Of a DNA stretch of 64,000 bases, positions 38,891 through 51,756 are shown piece after piece. The notes below the pieces were generated by a model, which saw only the letters and a program-made list of their open reading frames with translations, did no database searches and had not been told where the DNA came from. This DNA comes from Vicugna vicugna (taxonomy: Eukaryota): the NCBI GenBank assembly GCA_013265495.1, contig MU058065.1, positions 6,076,302-6,140,301 of the forward strand. The letters are read 5' to 3'. The number at the start of each line of letters is the position of its first letter. Position 1 is the stretch's first letter. A program made the position numbers and the translations under genes.

Positions 38891-40281
38891 AGGTTAAGTT
38901 GGTCACCTGGTCTTCTACCTTATGACTCTTGGTTTGATCAAGGGCCAGGGTTCAAAAGGATAAGCTCCCCAGTGTTCTCTCCATTCAGTTTCAATCTCTG
39001 TTGTATTTCTGACTATTTTCAGCATTTTTTTTCTTTCTGACACTTCCTTTTCCCTCTCTATCCCTACTTTTCTGACCCCCTACTTTCAGAGACTGCCTTA
39101 TTTGCTTTCCTAGAAATTCCTCTTTTAAGGCTTTTGGGAACTTTGACCTACCAGTAGTAACTACATTTAAGAGAGTGTTTAAAATGTCTCCTGCCCCCTC
39201 TCATTCATCCCCCACCCCCAAAGTGTGGCCTCGCCCCATCCTGCCATCATGCTGGCCAAGCGCGTGGGGCAGCTGTGGTCAGTCCCATTTATAAAACTGG
39301 TAAATATGGGACCGGTTTCTGTCCCCTCCAAAGGTCAATATTTGTGCAGAGTTTAATTTTAACTTAACAAGCAGTTGTTTTCTGCAGCTGCCCTGGTGTG
39401 TTGTGTTGTGTGTGCTTTCCTTTTCCCTCCTTCCCCCGACTGTGTGCGCCTGTGTGTGTATGTGTATCTGTATCCACATTGTAGACTTGGTCTGGTCTTC
39501 AGACCTGCAGCCCGCTGGCTCAGCCAAGCCCTGTCTCATAAAGGACATTTGGCCTGAAGAGAGCTCAGTAAAGGGCAGTGAGCCTAGCATGTGGCGATAA
39601 CAGACTTTTTCTAGGGGTCAGGGGACAGAGAACACATATTTAGTCTTCAGCAGTGCTAATGTCACCATACCTTCTTTTGCAGGAGAGATTCTAGAAATGC
39701 GAGATTTGAGAGAAACAGTCCTTTTTTAAAAAGTCTACATTATCCCTCCTCCTTGGCTTTCTAAGGAGTGTTAACCCCTTATCCAAGAATCCAGGATTCT
39801 AATTTTGGTAGCTACTTCTTGGATAAGATGAAGGGAACACATAAGATAATCTCTTAGGGCATCTGCAGCTTTGAATATTTGATGGTTTTGTGAATAATAC
39901 AGCATCAGACTGGGTATCAAGAGTAAATTCTATTCCAGTTTCTCGCTTTAAAATCATTTAACAGATGATTTTTGAACTAGCCATTTTCCCCTCTGGTCCT
40001 TAGTTAAGGGGATATGACCTTTATTCCTTAGAAGGATTTTGTGCAAATGGATGAGATTTTATCTAGAAGAACTCTGAGCTGTTTAAGTACAGAGAAATAC
40101 TTTAATACTAAGCTCGTCTTACCTACCTACCTGTGCCCCCTTTCACCAAGGTATTTAAGTTTTTTCTGCTTGTGAGCGTGTTCCTGGCTTGGACAATTTC
40201 ATCCAACAGGTGATCAGCCCAACTCCTCAGAGCTGCAGGATCTGGAATGGAGGAGGAGCTCCAGCATAAATAGTAGGATGT

Positions 40282-40730
40282 ATGCTCCAGCCTCAGTGGC
40301 CACCTCCTTACTCCTCCTTGAACATCCTAGACGTGTGCGACACCTTAGGACCTTCGCACTTGCTGGTCCCTCTGCTCAGAATGCTCTTATCCCAGATACC
40401 TGCATGCCTGGTTCTTCCTTTTCCTCCAGGTCTTTTTCTGTTCTGCCTTCTAGCTGAGGACTTCCTGGCCACCTTAGCAAAAATTTCACCCCTACTTCTA
40501 CTGGTACTTTATATTGCCTCTCCCTGCTCTTATTTTTCTCCTTAGCACTTATCCTAACCCAACATACCACAGATTTTACTTTTTTATTATTTTGTTTTCC
40601 TCCCCTGTGAAGGCATGGATTCTCAATGAGGGCAGGGATTTTGTGTGTTCTTCGCTGGCTCCCCAGTGCCCCTGGAACAATGTCTGGTACATATAAACTC
40701 TCAGAACGTATTTGTTGAATACATGGAAGG
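40282..40730 (+). mobile_element. L2 3' end
   Basis: ccttaggaccttcgcacttgctg...atgagggcagggatttt...tatttgttgaata. Confidence 0.8.
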
Positions 40731-40748
40731 GAGTGAGGGAAGGAGAAA

Positions 40749-40984
40749 TAGGTTCTCTAAACTGATGATTCTTCACTGGGGGTACAGAACCCATAGAGGA
40801 GGTGATCAGAATGATTAGAAGGCCTTTTCAAGCATTCATACCCTTATAGAAAAAATTCTAATATATGCCCCCACCCCCACCCACAGGATGGCTAAGTATT
40901 ATTGCATAATGACGTGTAGTTACCGATGAAAATATTTAGTATGCCTCATGTATGTTGGGTGGAAAAAAAGTTGAGAACCACTGT
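40749..40984. mobile_element. hAT-Charlie MITE remnant
   Basis: Termini ggttctctaaact ... aaaagttgagaaccactg are Charlie-type TIRs. Confidence 0.5.
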
Positions 40985-43267
40985 CCTAGGCAGGCTGACA
41001 GGCTTGTCCCCTCCTGGCTTGTGAATTGTAGGCAGCCCTCATGGTAGGAGGAGATTTGTTGTTTTTCTCCCCCTTCCCAGCTTTCCCTACCTCCTATATG
41101 CCCACAACCCATGCTTCCTTGCCCCTCCTCTTTCCTTTATTCTCAGCCAGACACCCACCCAACTCCAGCACACAGAGGCTGCCTACATTGTGAGTAGTTG
41201 TAGTTAGGACACAGAGAGCCCTTGACGGCAGCAGGCACTTCTTGTGACATCAGCTCTGTGGCTTTAGGGGGAAGGCTGTGGCTCCAGGTCCCCAAGGGAG
41301 GGGGCTGTTTTCCTCTTCTTGATAGTTCACGTTGGTGCCCGTCTGACTTATAAACTTTAATGGCCAGTTTTAAAGGTTACTGCCATGGGGCACCTTTGTT
41401 GCCAGTTTTAGTTTTTTAATTTGGAAACTTTTTTCCCCTTGTGGTCTTGGTAGGAAAGATTTGGGGCCATTTGGGGCTGGGAATTGGTATTTGTGGGTGA
41501 TGATGAGATAGCACTGCAGCATTCTGGTTCTGGCTCCAATAACCAGAATCTCTGGCATATTATCCAGTGGCCCAAATGAACCCCAAGATGAGAAGGGGAA
41601 GACTGACATTGGGATATATAGTCTTAGGCAGTATTGGCCAAGGATGTAGAGGGTTGGGAGCTTGTTGAGCTGTCTGAAAGAGTGATAACCATAGTTTAGG
41701 CACTGGAACACTGGAAAGGAAGCACTTCTCCCTTTTATTCTTAAGCCTCTTACCTCTTCCTTCACCTCTAGTCATAATCCTTTGCTCTGAATGTGACATC
41801 ATTGACAATGGTCAGGTTTAATTGGGATAGAGACCAGGCTTCAGATTAGAATTGATAGTTGACAGTGCGGGCCATTGGTGGTTGCCCCAGTGTGGCATGG
41901 ACACAGAACTAACACAGAAGACTTCACTGAGTCTTTTTGCCAAGTCTTTTTGCTATTAATCTTTGTGAATTTATTGAAAACAAAAACCAAAAACCCCTTT
42001 TCTCCACTCAGGATAACCTCACAAAACTTCACATGTCAAAAAAAAGGTCATTCCCCTTCTCAGAATCATCTGCATTCCTAGGGGAAAAGCCATATTATAG
42101 AATAATATGCAAATAATAGCATCTTGGAATCAGAAGGGATTATTCATAGAACTCTAATAAAACTGAGAAGTATTTGGGTACTTTTCTTATTGTGGAGTAG
42201 TAATACAAATAGATGGGTAGATAATCTAACAAATAGACCCTAAGAAGGGGCAAGCATGCCAATCCATGGATGCTTAGACGCTTACTCAAAGAGATATGCT
42301 CTTTATGGACTGTTGGCTGGTGTCCTTGATAGCTAAAACCCACATCTCTCCTCTTTAGTGTTTGAATGGGTTAGCCTGAACTCAGGATTCAATTTTGGAT
42401 GAACTTAAAATAATTCAGGAAATGATGCTGCTATAGAATAAAGGGATGCTCAGCCCTCCAAGATATGCAGTACGAGGGGAGACCCTTCAGTACAATTTTG
42501 ATACCTTCCACAAGGCATATAGTTTAGGGTCTTGGATTCAGATCTTACTCCTGGCTGTTCTTCCTGGGCTGGACAAAGCTGGATTGGTTTCTTGTTCCCT
42601 GTGTTGCAGGGCGGGGGAGGAGGTGTGGGGGTTGGCTCGGGGCTGGGCCACAATTAGTGACCTGGAAGCTGGGTTGGGCACCCAGAGGCTATAAATAGCA
42701 GACATGGAGCAGTCGCTGAGCGGACTCAAGCCCAGCCAGACTAGCCGCGTTTCAAGTGGTCTGGGTGGGATTTTTTTTTTTCTCTGTTAACCATTTGTAC
42801 ATCTGGTTTCCTCAGTGTTGGTGGGGGCAAAGGAGGAGGGCGGGATTGTGAGCAGAACCAGAAGTTCATGTGTGGAGTAGCTTTTTGGTTAGTTTTGCCA
42901 TATGTGTATCTTGAAGCTTTTGGGGTCCTTAGGGCTAATAGGCATCTGGGAATAACAACGGTGGCTGCCGGAAGATAATGTCTCAGAGCAGGACATGTGG
43001 TATGAGAAATGCAGAAGTCCTAACAGGGCCCCCGTAGGTAAAGCATGCTGGGTGTTCCTGAAGAGGGAGAGAAGTGGAGTCTCACGTGGAGCCATTCAGA
43101 TTATTTGGGAAAAGATTGGGGCTTCTTAGTTCCCAATACTTGATGAAACAGGCCCTCTGTTGCATCCAAGCCAATCTGCTCACCTTCCTCCATACAGGCA
43201 TTGCTAATTCGTGCTTAGCTGCATTTGTTCTGTCTTCTGGCTTGGACTTGAAGTCAGAATACTTCAG

Positions 43268-43832
43268 GTTTTTTTATTGTTGAAATATAGTTGACATACA
43301 GTATTATGTTAGTTTCAGGTGTACTATGTAACGATTGACATTTGCATACATTATGAAATGATCACCATGATAAGTCTAGTAACCATCTGTCCCCATATAA
43401 AGTTATTACAATATCACTGACTGTATTCCTTATGCTGTATATTGCATCCCCATGGCTTATTTATTTTATAGCTGGAGGTTTGTACTTCATAGTCCCCTTC
43501 ATCTATTTCTCCCCCCCCCTTACTCTTCTCCCCTCAGGCAGCCACCTGTTTGTTCTATTTACGAGTCTGTTTTCATTTTGTTTGTTTTGTTTTTTAGATT
43601 CCATGTGTAAGTAAGATCATATGGTTTTTGTCTTTGTCTGACTTATTTTATTTAGCATAATACCCTCTAGATCCATCCATATTGTCTCAAATGGCAAGAT
43701 TTTATTTTTATGGCTGACTAATATTCCATTATATATCTATACCACATCTTTATTCAGTCATCTATCGATGGACGCTTCAGTTGCTTTCGTAACTTGGCTA
43801 CTATAAATAATGCTGCAATGAACATTGGTGTT
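43268..43832 (-). mobile_element. L1 3' end (L1MA-type)
   Basis: ttgaaatatagttgacatacagtattatgttagtttcaggtgtac...taccctctagatccatccat...aataatgctgcaatgaacatt. Confidence 0.9.
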
Positions 43833-45214
43833 ACTTTTGATTTGAATTTCAGTTCTTCTACTTATTCATATGTCACTTGGGCATATTATTTAAGCTCCCT
43901 GGGCTTCTGTTTAATTCATCTGCCAATGAGCAATTTTGCTAGAATAAGTTTCTAAGTTTCCTTCTAGCTTTTGTTAACATGTGCATTGATTTCAGTCAAT
44001 CGATTTCTATTTTCCTTCTTCAGGAAGAAAATTCACCTCTCCCAGGAAGCCTTTTCTGTATTTATCAGTTCAGTCTTACCTTCCTCTTACTTCATAGACC
44101 ATTAGCAGTTACATAAATAATTTATCCTGTTTTCTCCAGCATATATCATATGCTTCTTTGCAGTTATTTTCTTGTTATTTTCATATATTTATATTTTGTC
44201 TCTTCAAGTAGATTACAAGTTCTTTGAAGCAGGAAATTATATCTTCTCTATCTCTACCACTCACCGCACTTAACTATGAATGTTTTAGGCAGCATGGAAG
44301 CCCATGAACACTTCTCTGAGAGGCTGGCAGGCAGACTTGGAGGGGAATGGGAATAGGAAGCAATGAATATGCTTTCAGCAAACTCCACTTTGAGAGGTGA
44401 CTTTGTTAGAGTAAAATGGGAAACAGCAAATGAGAGCACAGATGGGAGATTTCATGTGTTTTACTGAACCACAGAATTCCAGTCTGATGCTTTGCTAATT
44501 CTCCTCCCTACCTTTTCTTCTTTCATCTTCTCTTGAAGGTGCTTTTACTTATGGGTGCAGTCTAAATCAGTGGGTTTTGGGACACTGCTTTAATAACACG
44601 GAGTATGGGGCTATATTTTTGCATAGTGGTAAAAGGACTTTCTGTTCCATGCATAGGCACTTTGTATTAGGTTTCAGTTCTAGTGTCAATAATCCATCTG
44701 TTTGTAGACCTCCTTTATGCCTAAAGATGAGGATAATAACACTTGTTGATATCTGTGAAAATGTATATGATATTGTTTTCTCAGTCCAAGGAGAGCAGTG
44801 TCTCTCCTGGTTGGCTTTCCCATCCCAAGGCTTTGATCTTCCTTCCCTCATTTCATCCTTTCTCCTACTTTTAGCTCTTTGGACCAGGCTAAACAATTCC
44901 TCCCCTCTTGGGTGTTTACACTCTCCCAATGTTAGCAAAAGGTTATCGTGTCCAGTCTCAGACATTACTCAGGCCATCTGCCTGGCTTAAGCCCCTAATC
45001 GCTCCTTTTTCATGCTTTTCTTCCCCACCCCAAGTTACTAATGTGACTCTTCCTGAAACTCCCCCAAACTTATCTCTACAGTTTTGGTGCCAGAATGCCC
45101 AATACTGGGCACATGAAACAGACAAGAAAGAGGCCATTTCTCTAATTTAAAGACACCTCCCTGCCCTGGGATTTGAAGCAAAGAAGTTAGTTTTCTTGGT
45201 ATCATTTTTCTTTC

Positions 45215-45860
45215 AGTTCATTCACATAATTAACATTTATTGAGCACCACTTATATGACGGCTTCTTGTTAGGCACGAAGAATATCATTCTATTTTATTA
45301 AACTTAGAAGATGTTTAAGTAATGACTATTTGGAAGGTATTATGTTATAAGATGGGGGTTCAAGAATAACTGAATCCAGAACTTTGCCCTCAAGGAGCTT
45401 ATAACCCAGTAGAAGGGTCCCAGATTCATAAATACTGAACTATAATGTGGTGCAGAATGAAATGAGAGCAAATATGGGTCCAAAATGTGCTTTGGAAGAA
45501 AAGAATAAAGTAGGTTTGATGTTGGCTCTTTGAAGGAGGCAGGGTTGTGGACTGCAGGAAGGGATCAGGAAAGACTTTGAGAAAGAGAAGAAATTTGAAC
45601 TGGACCTTGAAGGATAAGAATTTCCCTAAGTAGAGAATGTGAAAAAGGACATTAGGCAGAGTGAACAACATTCATTCTTTCTTTCCAGAAGTATTTTTTG
45701 AGAGAATGGGAAAGGGGCATATTAAACAGAATAGCATTTATTTGTTCTTTTATATATTTTTGAGTGCCTGCTATGTGCCAGTCACTGTCCTAGATGCAGT
45801 GATGGAGCAACGACCAAAACAAAGTCCTTGCTCCCATAGAATTGACAGTCTGGTGAGGTG
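45215..45860 (-). mobile_element. L2 fragments
   Basis: acatttattgagcaccact; gccctcaaggagcttata; tgagtgcctgctatgtgccag. Confidence 0.65.
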
Positions 45861-47094
45861 TCAGAATGAATGTGGCATTTTTTGCCTCTGTCCCCTTGCT
45901 AATATCACTCATTATACTTCTTACTGTACTAAGTCCTTTGAACTAAAAAAGATCATGTCTCTTAACTCTCTGAGCATTGTCGTCTCCGTACTTTGTGCCA
46001 TCTACATCCTTCTAGATTATTTCTTTTTAGCTAGATCTTTGACACATCAGTAGTAACTGAGACCAGATTCTGCACAAGCTTTAGACAGTAGTGATGATTG
46101 ATACCTTTGATGAACACCCCATGTCATTGGAAGATTGAGGTATTTTATATTTTATTGTTATTTTTATTTTACAACATACTTTCAAATTCTTTGAAAATTG
46201 ATAATCTGCATATGTAACAAATGGTAAATATTAAACTAGAAAATGTGATAAACCAGAATATTCCCTTCTCAATCAAGCATGTCATTGATAATCCCATCAT
46301 GTTACCTTAGCTGAATCTTCTCCATTTCTTTTAGTTACTGTGCTGATTCTCAGGGCCCATCTTATACCCGGCTGATGTGTGTTTCTGTTTTATCCATGGT
46401 CTCTTCATGGCTTTAGGCCATTTTAATTTGGTCAAGTTAAGCCTTTCTTCCCAAGTCTGCAATTGCCTTTGCCTCAATTCTAAGAGAGGCTGACAGTAGG
46501 AATGAATCCAAAATTCCATTCATTTTATATTCACCACATCTGGGTTTCTTTTAGCATCATTTTTCCCCTTGAGAACATTTTCAAGGTTCTCCTAATTTTC
46601 TAGTGTTTTTTTTTGGTGGGGGTGGCTTTTGTAAGATTACTAAGAAGTTTCCAGGACTGATTATCTAGTCTTGAGTCTGTTTATGTGTATTCCCCCTTCT
46701 CTACCACCTTCTCTAGTTTAGTAAAATCATTTTCTTTCCTTTCTTCATTTACTCTGTAGTCATCTTATTCTTGAGACCTGAGATGTGAGTGATACTTATC
46801 CTCTGTTCCCCTTTGTTTCCTGGGGAACCATTGATTCTCCAAAGAGTAGTTCTAATATATCTCGCATTCTCTTATAAGGCAACCCTCTAGGTAGAGAAAG
46901 CAGCAATTAGTTTTCATGTCTCTGGATTTCACTACAGCAACTACCCTAGTTCCAGCAGTTGTGAAGATCTCTAGCTAGACTTTTGCGGTTGTTAACACCA
47001 TTCTCAGCCACTAGGGGACACACCGTTTCCCTTAGCTCTTGTGGCCTAATTGTGGGAGAAATCTCCCTTTTCCTTTAGTCGGTCTGTGTCTGGT

Positions 47095-47200
47095 CCTGGG
47101 GTCACCAGATTCGGCCCTGCAGGTTGTGTACTGCACAACTCTAGTGAGTTCCATTCATATAAAGTATGATGCCCTGGAATCATGCAGTGTAGTGGCTCTG
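47095..47200. mobile_element. hAT-Tip100 MITE, MER91-like
   Basis: tgcaggttgtgtactgcacaactctag...ccctggaatcatgcagtg, the internally palindromic MER91 signature. Confidence 0.65.
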
Positions 47201-47379
47201 CCTTTAGTTCAGCCAAGACAATCTCAGTATTTTTTTTAAACCTTAGATAAAACAGAACCCAAAATACCAAAACCAGAACCAAAAAAAAGTTTAGGTAGGA
47301 ATTAATTCTTTCCCACACTATCGTATCATTCATATAAAGAATGTAAGTTCTACTAAACAAACAAATGTCTTCCATTTGT

Positions 47380-47700
47380 CTGCTCTGGAGTTAGACGGAC
47401 CTGGGTTCAGATCTTGACTGTATCACTTATTGGCTGTGTAACTTTGGCTGAGCAAGTTACTTTTAAGTTGTCTGAATAGGGGCTCCAGAGTCGGGTGGTC
47501 TGGGTTCAAAACCTAGTTCTACTCAGTTACTAGCTGTGTGATTTGAGAAAGATACTTAACCTATCTGGCTTCAGTTTCTTTTTCTGTACCATGGGCATAT
47601 TAATGCAATCCATTGAGTTGTAAGAGCTCAATAAGATAATATATTTAGTTGCTTTTCATGGTGTCTGGCCACATAATTAACACTCAAAAGTATTGGTTAT
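47380..47700 (+). mobile_element. Two adjacent MIR fragments
   Basis: gctctggagttagacggacctgggttc and ggtctgggttcaaaacctag...tactagctgtgtga...cagtttc. Confidence 0.75.
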
Positions 47701-48247
47701 GTGTGTAGTTATTTTTATTCTCGTGTTTCTTTCCCTTTAGCAGTCAGTATATTTAATAAAGATGGTATCCCCTTGGTTCAATATTTATGTGTATAAACAA
47801 ATTTTGAATTCATTTTCATTATTCTAAAACTGACATATCCTCCCCCTCCAAAACAACCAAACAAACAAAACAAAAAGGAGTTCACATTAAAACAAGAGTG
47901 GATCTTCTCCTACCAGTTGGCAAAAATTAAGATTGATTATTATAGCTTTGGCAAGAGTATGGGAAATTGGGCATTCTGTACATAATTTTATTGGGAAGGT
48001 AAATTGATACATTATGTTTGGAGGGCAATTCTGGCAGTATCAGGTATATCCTTTAATCCAGGAGGTAGGAATGTAATCCGTAGAGATTATATTAACATGT
48101 GAAGACATGTACAAGAGTGTTCAAAGCAATGTTATTTATAATAGGGAAAATTGGAAACAGTTTAAATGCCTGTTATATAAATATGAAAAAGTTATGGTTT
48201 GTCCATTTAGTGTAATACAAGAAAGGCATAAAAGGAATGAGGTAGTA

Positions 48248-48384
48248 GTGGGGAGATTATAGCTCAAGTTGTAGAGCACATGCTTAGCATGCATGAGATC
48301 CCGGGTTCAATCCCCAGGATCCCTTCTAAAAATTAATAAATAAACCTAATTAATTACTTCTCCCCCCCCCAAAAATAATAAAAT
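48248..48384 (+). mobile_element. tRNA-Ala-derived SINE (camelid Vic-1-like)
   Basis: tRNA head tatagctcaagttgtagagcacatgcttagcatgcatgagatcccgggttcaatcccc (A box, AGC anticodon, B box); AT-rich tail; TSD aatgaggtag / aatgaagtag. Confidence 0.9.
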
Positions 48385-48642
48385 AATGAAGTAGACCTGT
48401 CCATACCTTGACAAGATGGCCATGATATACTATTAAGTGAAAAAAGCAAAATGCTTAAGAATATGTGTAGTGTGATCCCATTTTAGAGGGAAAATCACCT
48501 CTGTGTATATATGTTTATATAAGAATAGAAAAAAGTCTGGGAGGATATATACCAAATTGTTCACAGTGGTTACCACTGAGGAATGGATTGAAGATGAAGA
48601 GAAAGGGGTCTTTGACTTTTACTTACATACTTCTGTAGTGTT

Positions 48643-48679
48643 TAAACTTAAGTGTTAAGTGTAAACTTAAGTGTTAAGT
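48643..48679. repeat. Short tandem duplication (taaacttaagtgttaagt x2)
   Basis: Identical 18-mers at 48643-48660 and 48662-48679. Confidence 0.9.
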
Positions 48680-49960
48680 CAGTATGTTTTCTTGTAATTT
48701 TTTTAAAAAGAAGAAAAATAAATGGATGAGTTTACCCAGCACCAACTCCTTATCCTGCAAGAGTTCTTGGCCTTTTCTTAGCTTGGTTAGTTTAGCTTCC
48801 TGGGCTCACTGGTCCTGGTTCCTTTTCCCAACCCTGTCTGGCTTGGCAGGTATCTTGAGGTTGGGGGTAATTCTCAGTCCCTCTGGGAATTTATATTCTA
48901 ATTCTCTTCCAGAGTGTAAGCACTAGATCAAGTCCTCTGGATTCTTGGCCATATTTCATTGCTCTTTTAGATCCCCTCTGGCTCCCTTAGATGGCCATAA
49001 TTTCTAATCTTCTAATGAGGAAAACACTTTCCTCACTGGCCCCAAGAGTTCTGCTTAGGGCTTTAGGCCTATATGCTCTAACCTTACACAAACTTCTCTC
49101 TTCTTGAAGATTTCCTTAGGTCCTGAACCCCTGAAAACCCTGTTTTCATCTCCTGAAAGATATGTGTCTGTCTGGTTGACCTCCTAATATTAAAGCTGGT
49201 GCTTTTCTTTGGCGAAGCTTAGAGACTTATCCTTTTATTCTAGACTGGTTCTAGCCTAGGGTTGTTAGTTATAGCGTGACTCCTAGTGGCATGTACCATA
49301 TTCCCAGCAGATTCTTACCTTTTGTCCTCCTTCCTGACAAAATAACAGAAGGCTTCCTTCTTCTCTTGTTTTGAAGATTTGTGTCCTCTATACCACCACT
49401 CCCCTTAGTGGACCTCCCACTGGATTCTACCTTCCAGTTTGAGGAACACATCTTGCATTTCCTTATTATCCCTTTACCTCAACCCTTCCCTAGTTCCTGA
49501 ACCCTTCCACTGAGCCTTCTGGAATTAACAGTCCATCAGCTGCAGAATCTTCTTTATCTTCAGCCTCTCTTTGGGCATTTCTTTCTCCTTCTTGCTCAGA
49601 AACCTGGCTTTCCCCTGAGGATGTTTCTTTTTTACATCCCTCTCACATGGTGGCTGTTTCTTCTCCCACGGTCCTCTTACCACTGAGTATGAAGGTGAGA
49701 TATGTGTCCTCCTCACTTCTCCTTGCTGCTTTCTCATTGTTCTCCCTCTTCTTCCCTAAAAAGCCTAGCTTTGAATCTCATGTCATGAGTGGTATCATCC
49801 ATTATTCCTCATTGTTGTTGTAATGTACTGACTCTTAGTCATTCCACCTCATTTCTTGAGGACTTTAGCTCCTGAGTCACTGCCACTTTCTCCACTCCTC
49901 TCTCATTATCTTGACTTCTGCTCTGTCTCATTCACTGATTACTGTGGACATAATCTAGAG

Positions 49961-50179
49961 CACTGATTCTCAACAAGGGGAGATTTTGCCCTCAGGGAAC
50001 ATCTAGCAATGTCTGGAGACATTTTTGGTTGTCACCATTTGTGGTGGGGGTGCTACCGGCATCTAGTTTAGTGTGTAGCATCCAGGGACACTGCTCAACA
50101 TCCTATAGTGCGCAGGATGGCCCCCAAGATAAAGACTTGTCTAGTCCAAAGTGTCGGTAGTGCCACTGTTTGGAAACTG
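49961..50179 (+). mobile_element. MER20 hAT-Charlie MITE
   Basis: gattttgccc...gcaatgtctggagacatttttggttgtcac...tgctaccggcatctagt; TSD atctagag / ctctaggg. Confidence 0.9.
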
Positions 50180-51023
50180 CTCTAGGGTCTACTCTGGTCT
50201 TTGTCATTGCCAATAATCTCAATCCCTCCATAATCTCAATTTTATACATCCTACATTCCAGCCATTTCCTTTTCTTATCATTCCAGCTCTTTTTCTCTAC
50301 CTTGACTCAGCATTCCTTTAATTCCACAGAAACCTTCAGTCCATTGATCTTACCCTCTTTTTCATTGTCCTAATTCCTTTGATGTCCTGCTTCCTTTCCT
50401 TACCCAGCTTTTATGGTCAATCACTATAATCACTTCCTTAAATGCACTCTTGATTCTATTGCCCGTGCCTTGTGTTGTGTACTGTTAAACCCAACTTTCT
50501 ACCTCTTTCATAGCTGCATTTTCACCCAAATGTAGTCAGAAAAAAAATAATAATAAGCATGCTGACTAGTGTCATTTAAATTCTTGACCAAGAACCTCAA
50601 ATGTACCCTTAATACTGCTGGGCAGTCATATTATATTTCCCTAATCCCCATCATTCTAGATGACTGTTTTACACTTTCTTCTCTTTCCTTAAGTTTCCAT
50701 CACCTTAAACTTGTTTCATATTTTGCTGGGGGAAAAAAGAAGAATCAATACAAAGTGAACTGTAACAGACTTACCCCTCCGCCTCTACTTACTGCAAACA
50801 TCTTATATACCCTCTGATACACTGCCTTTCTATTTGTTTGCATGTATAAATTAGCCATCTGCCTATCTAAAAGTGGCCTCTCTATTTGTGAATTAAATTC
50901 CATGTCACCTACCAAGGAAATTGCTCCAGTAACCTTCCCTTCTCTAACTTTTTGTTTTCTGTAGGTTTATCATATTAACATACAAACGTGCTATTATTTT
51001 TCCTATCTTAAAAGTTCTTCTCT

Positions 51024-51756
51024 TGGTGCAGCCACTATCGAGAACAGTATGGAAGTCCTTTAAAAACTAAAAATAGAGTTACCATATGATCCAGCAATCC
51101 CACTCCTGGGCATATATCTTGAAAATATGGGAACTCTAATTCGAAAGGATAACATGCAATGTTCATAGCAGCACTATTTACAGTAGCCAAGAAAGACATG
51201 GAAGCAACCTAAGTGTCCATTGACAGATGACAGATGAAGAAGATGTGGGGTTTGTGTGTGGGTGTATGTGTGTTTGTATTACTCAGCCATAAAAAAGAAT
51301 GAAATAATGACATTTACAGCAACATGGATAGACCTAGATATTATCATACTAAGTGAAGTGAGTCAGACAGAGAAAGACAAATATCATATATCACTTATAT
51401 GTGGGATTAAAACATGATATAAATGAACTTATTTACAAAACAGAAACAGACTCACATAGAAAACAAATGTATGGTTACCACAGGGGAAAGGATGAGGGGG
51501 ATAAATAAGGAGCTTGGAATTAACAGATACACATTACTATATATAAAACAGATAAACAGCAAGGTCCTACTGTATAGCACAGGGAACTATATTCAATATC
51601 TTGTAATAACCCATAATGGAAAACAATCTGAATATATATATATATATGTATGTATAAAACTGAATCAATTTGCTTTATACCAGAAACTAACACAACACTG
51701 TAAATCAGCTATATGTTAAAGAAAAAAAAAAGATTTAGGAAAAACTGAAAAAAAAA
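51024..51756 (+). mobile_element. Cetartiodactyl-type L1 3' end
   Basis: tggtgcagccacta...aatagagttaccatatgatccagcaatcccactcctgggcatata...gcacagggaactatattcaatatcttg; A-tail. Confidence 0.93.

Larger units (their letters stand above)
47880..48715 (+). mobile_element. Old L1 (L1ME-type) 3' region, interrupted by a SINE
   Basis: ggagggcaattctggcagtat...aattggaaacag...ctattaagtgaaaaaagcaa...aagtctgggaggatatatacc. Confidence 0.75.

Noticed and set aside
48250..48325. Apparent tRNA-Ala gene
   Set aside because: Degenerate stems, AT-rich tail and TSD show it is a SINE.
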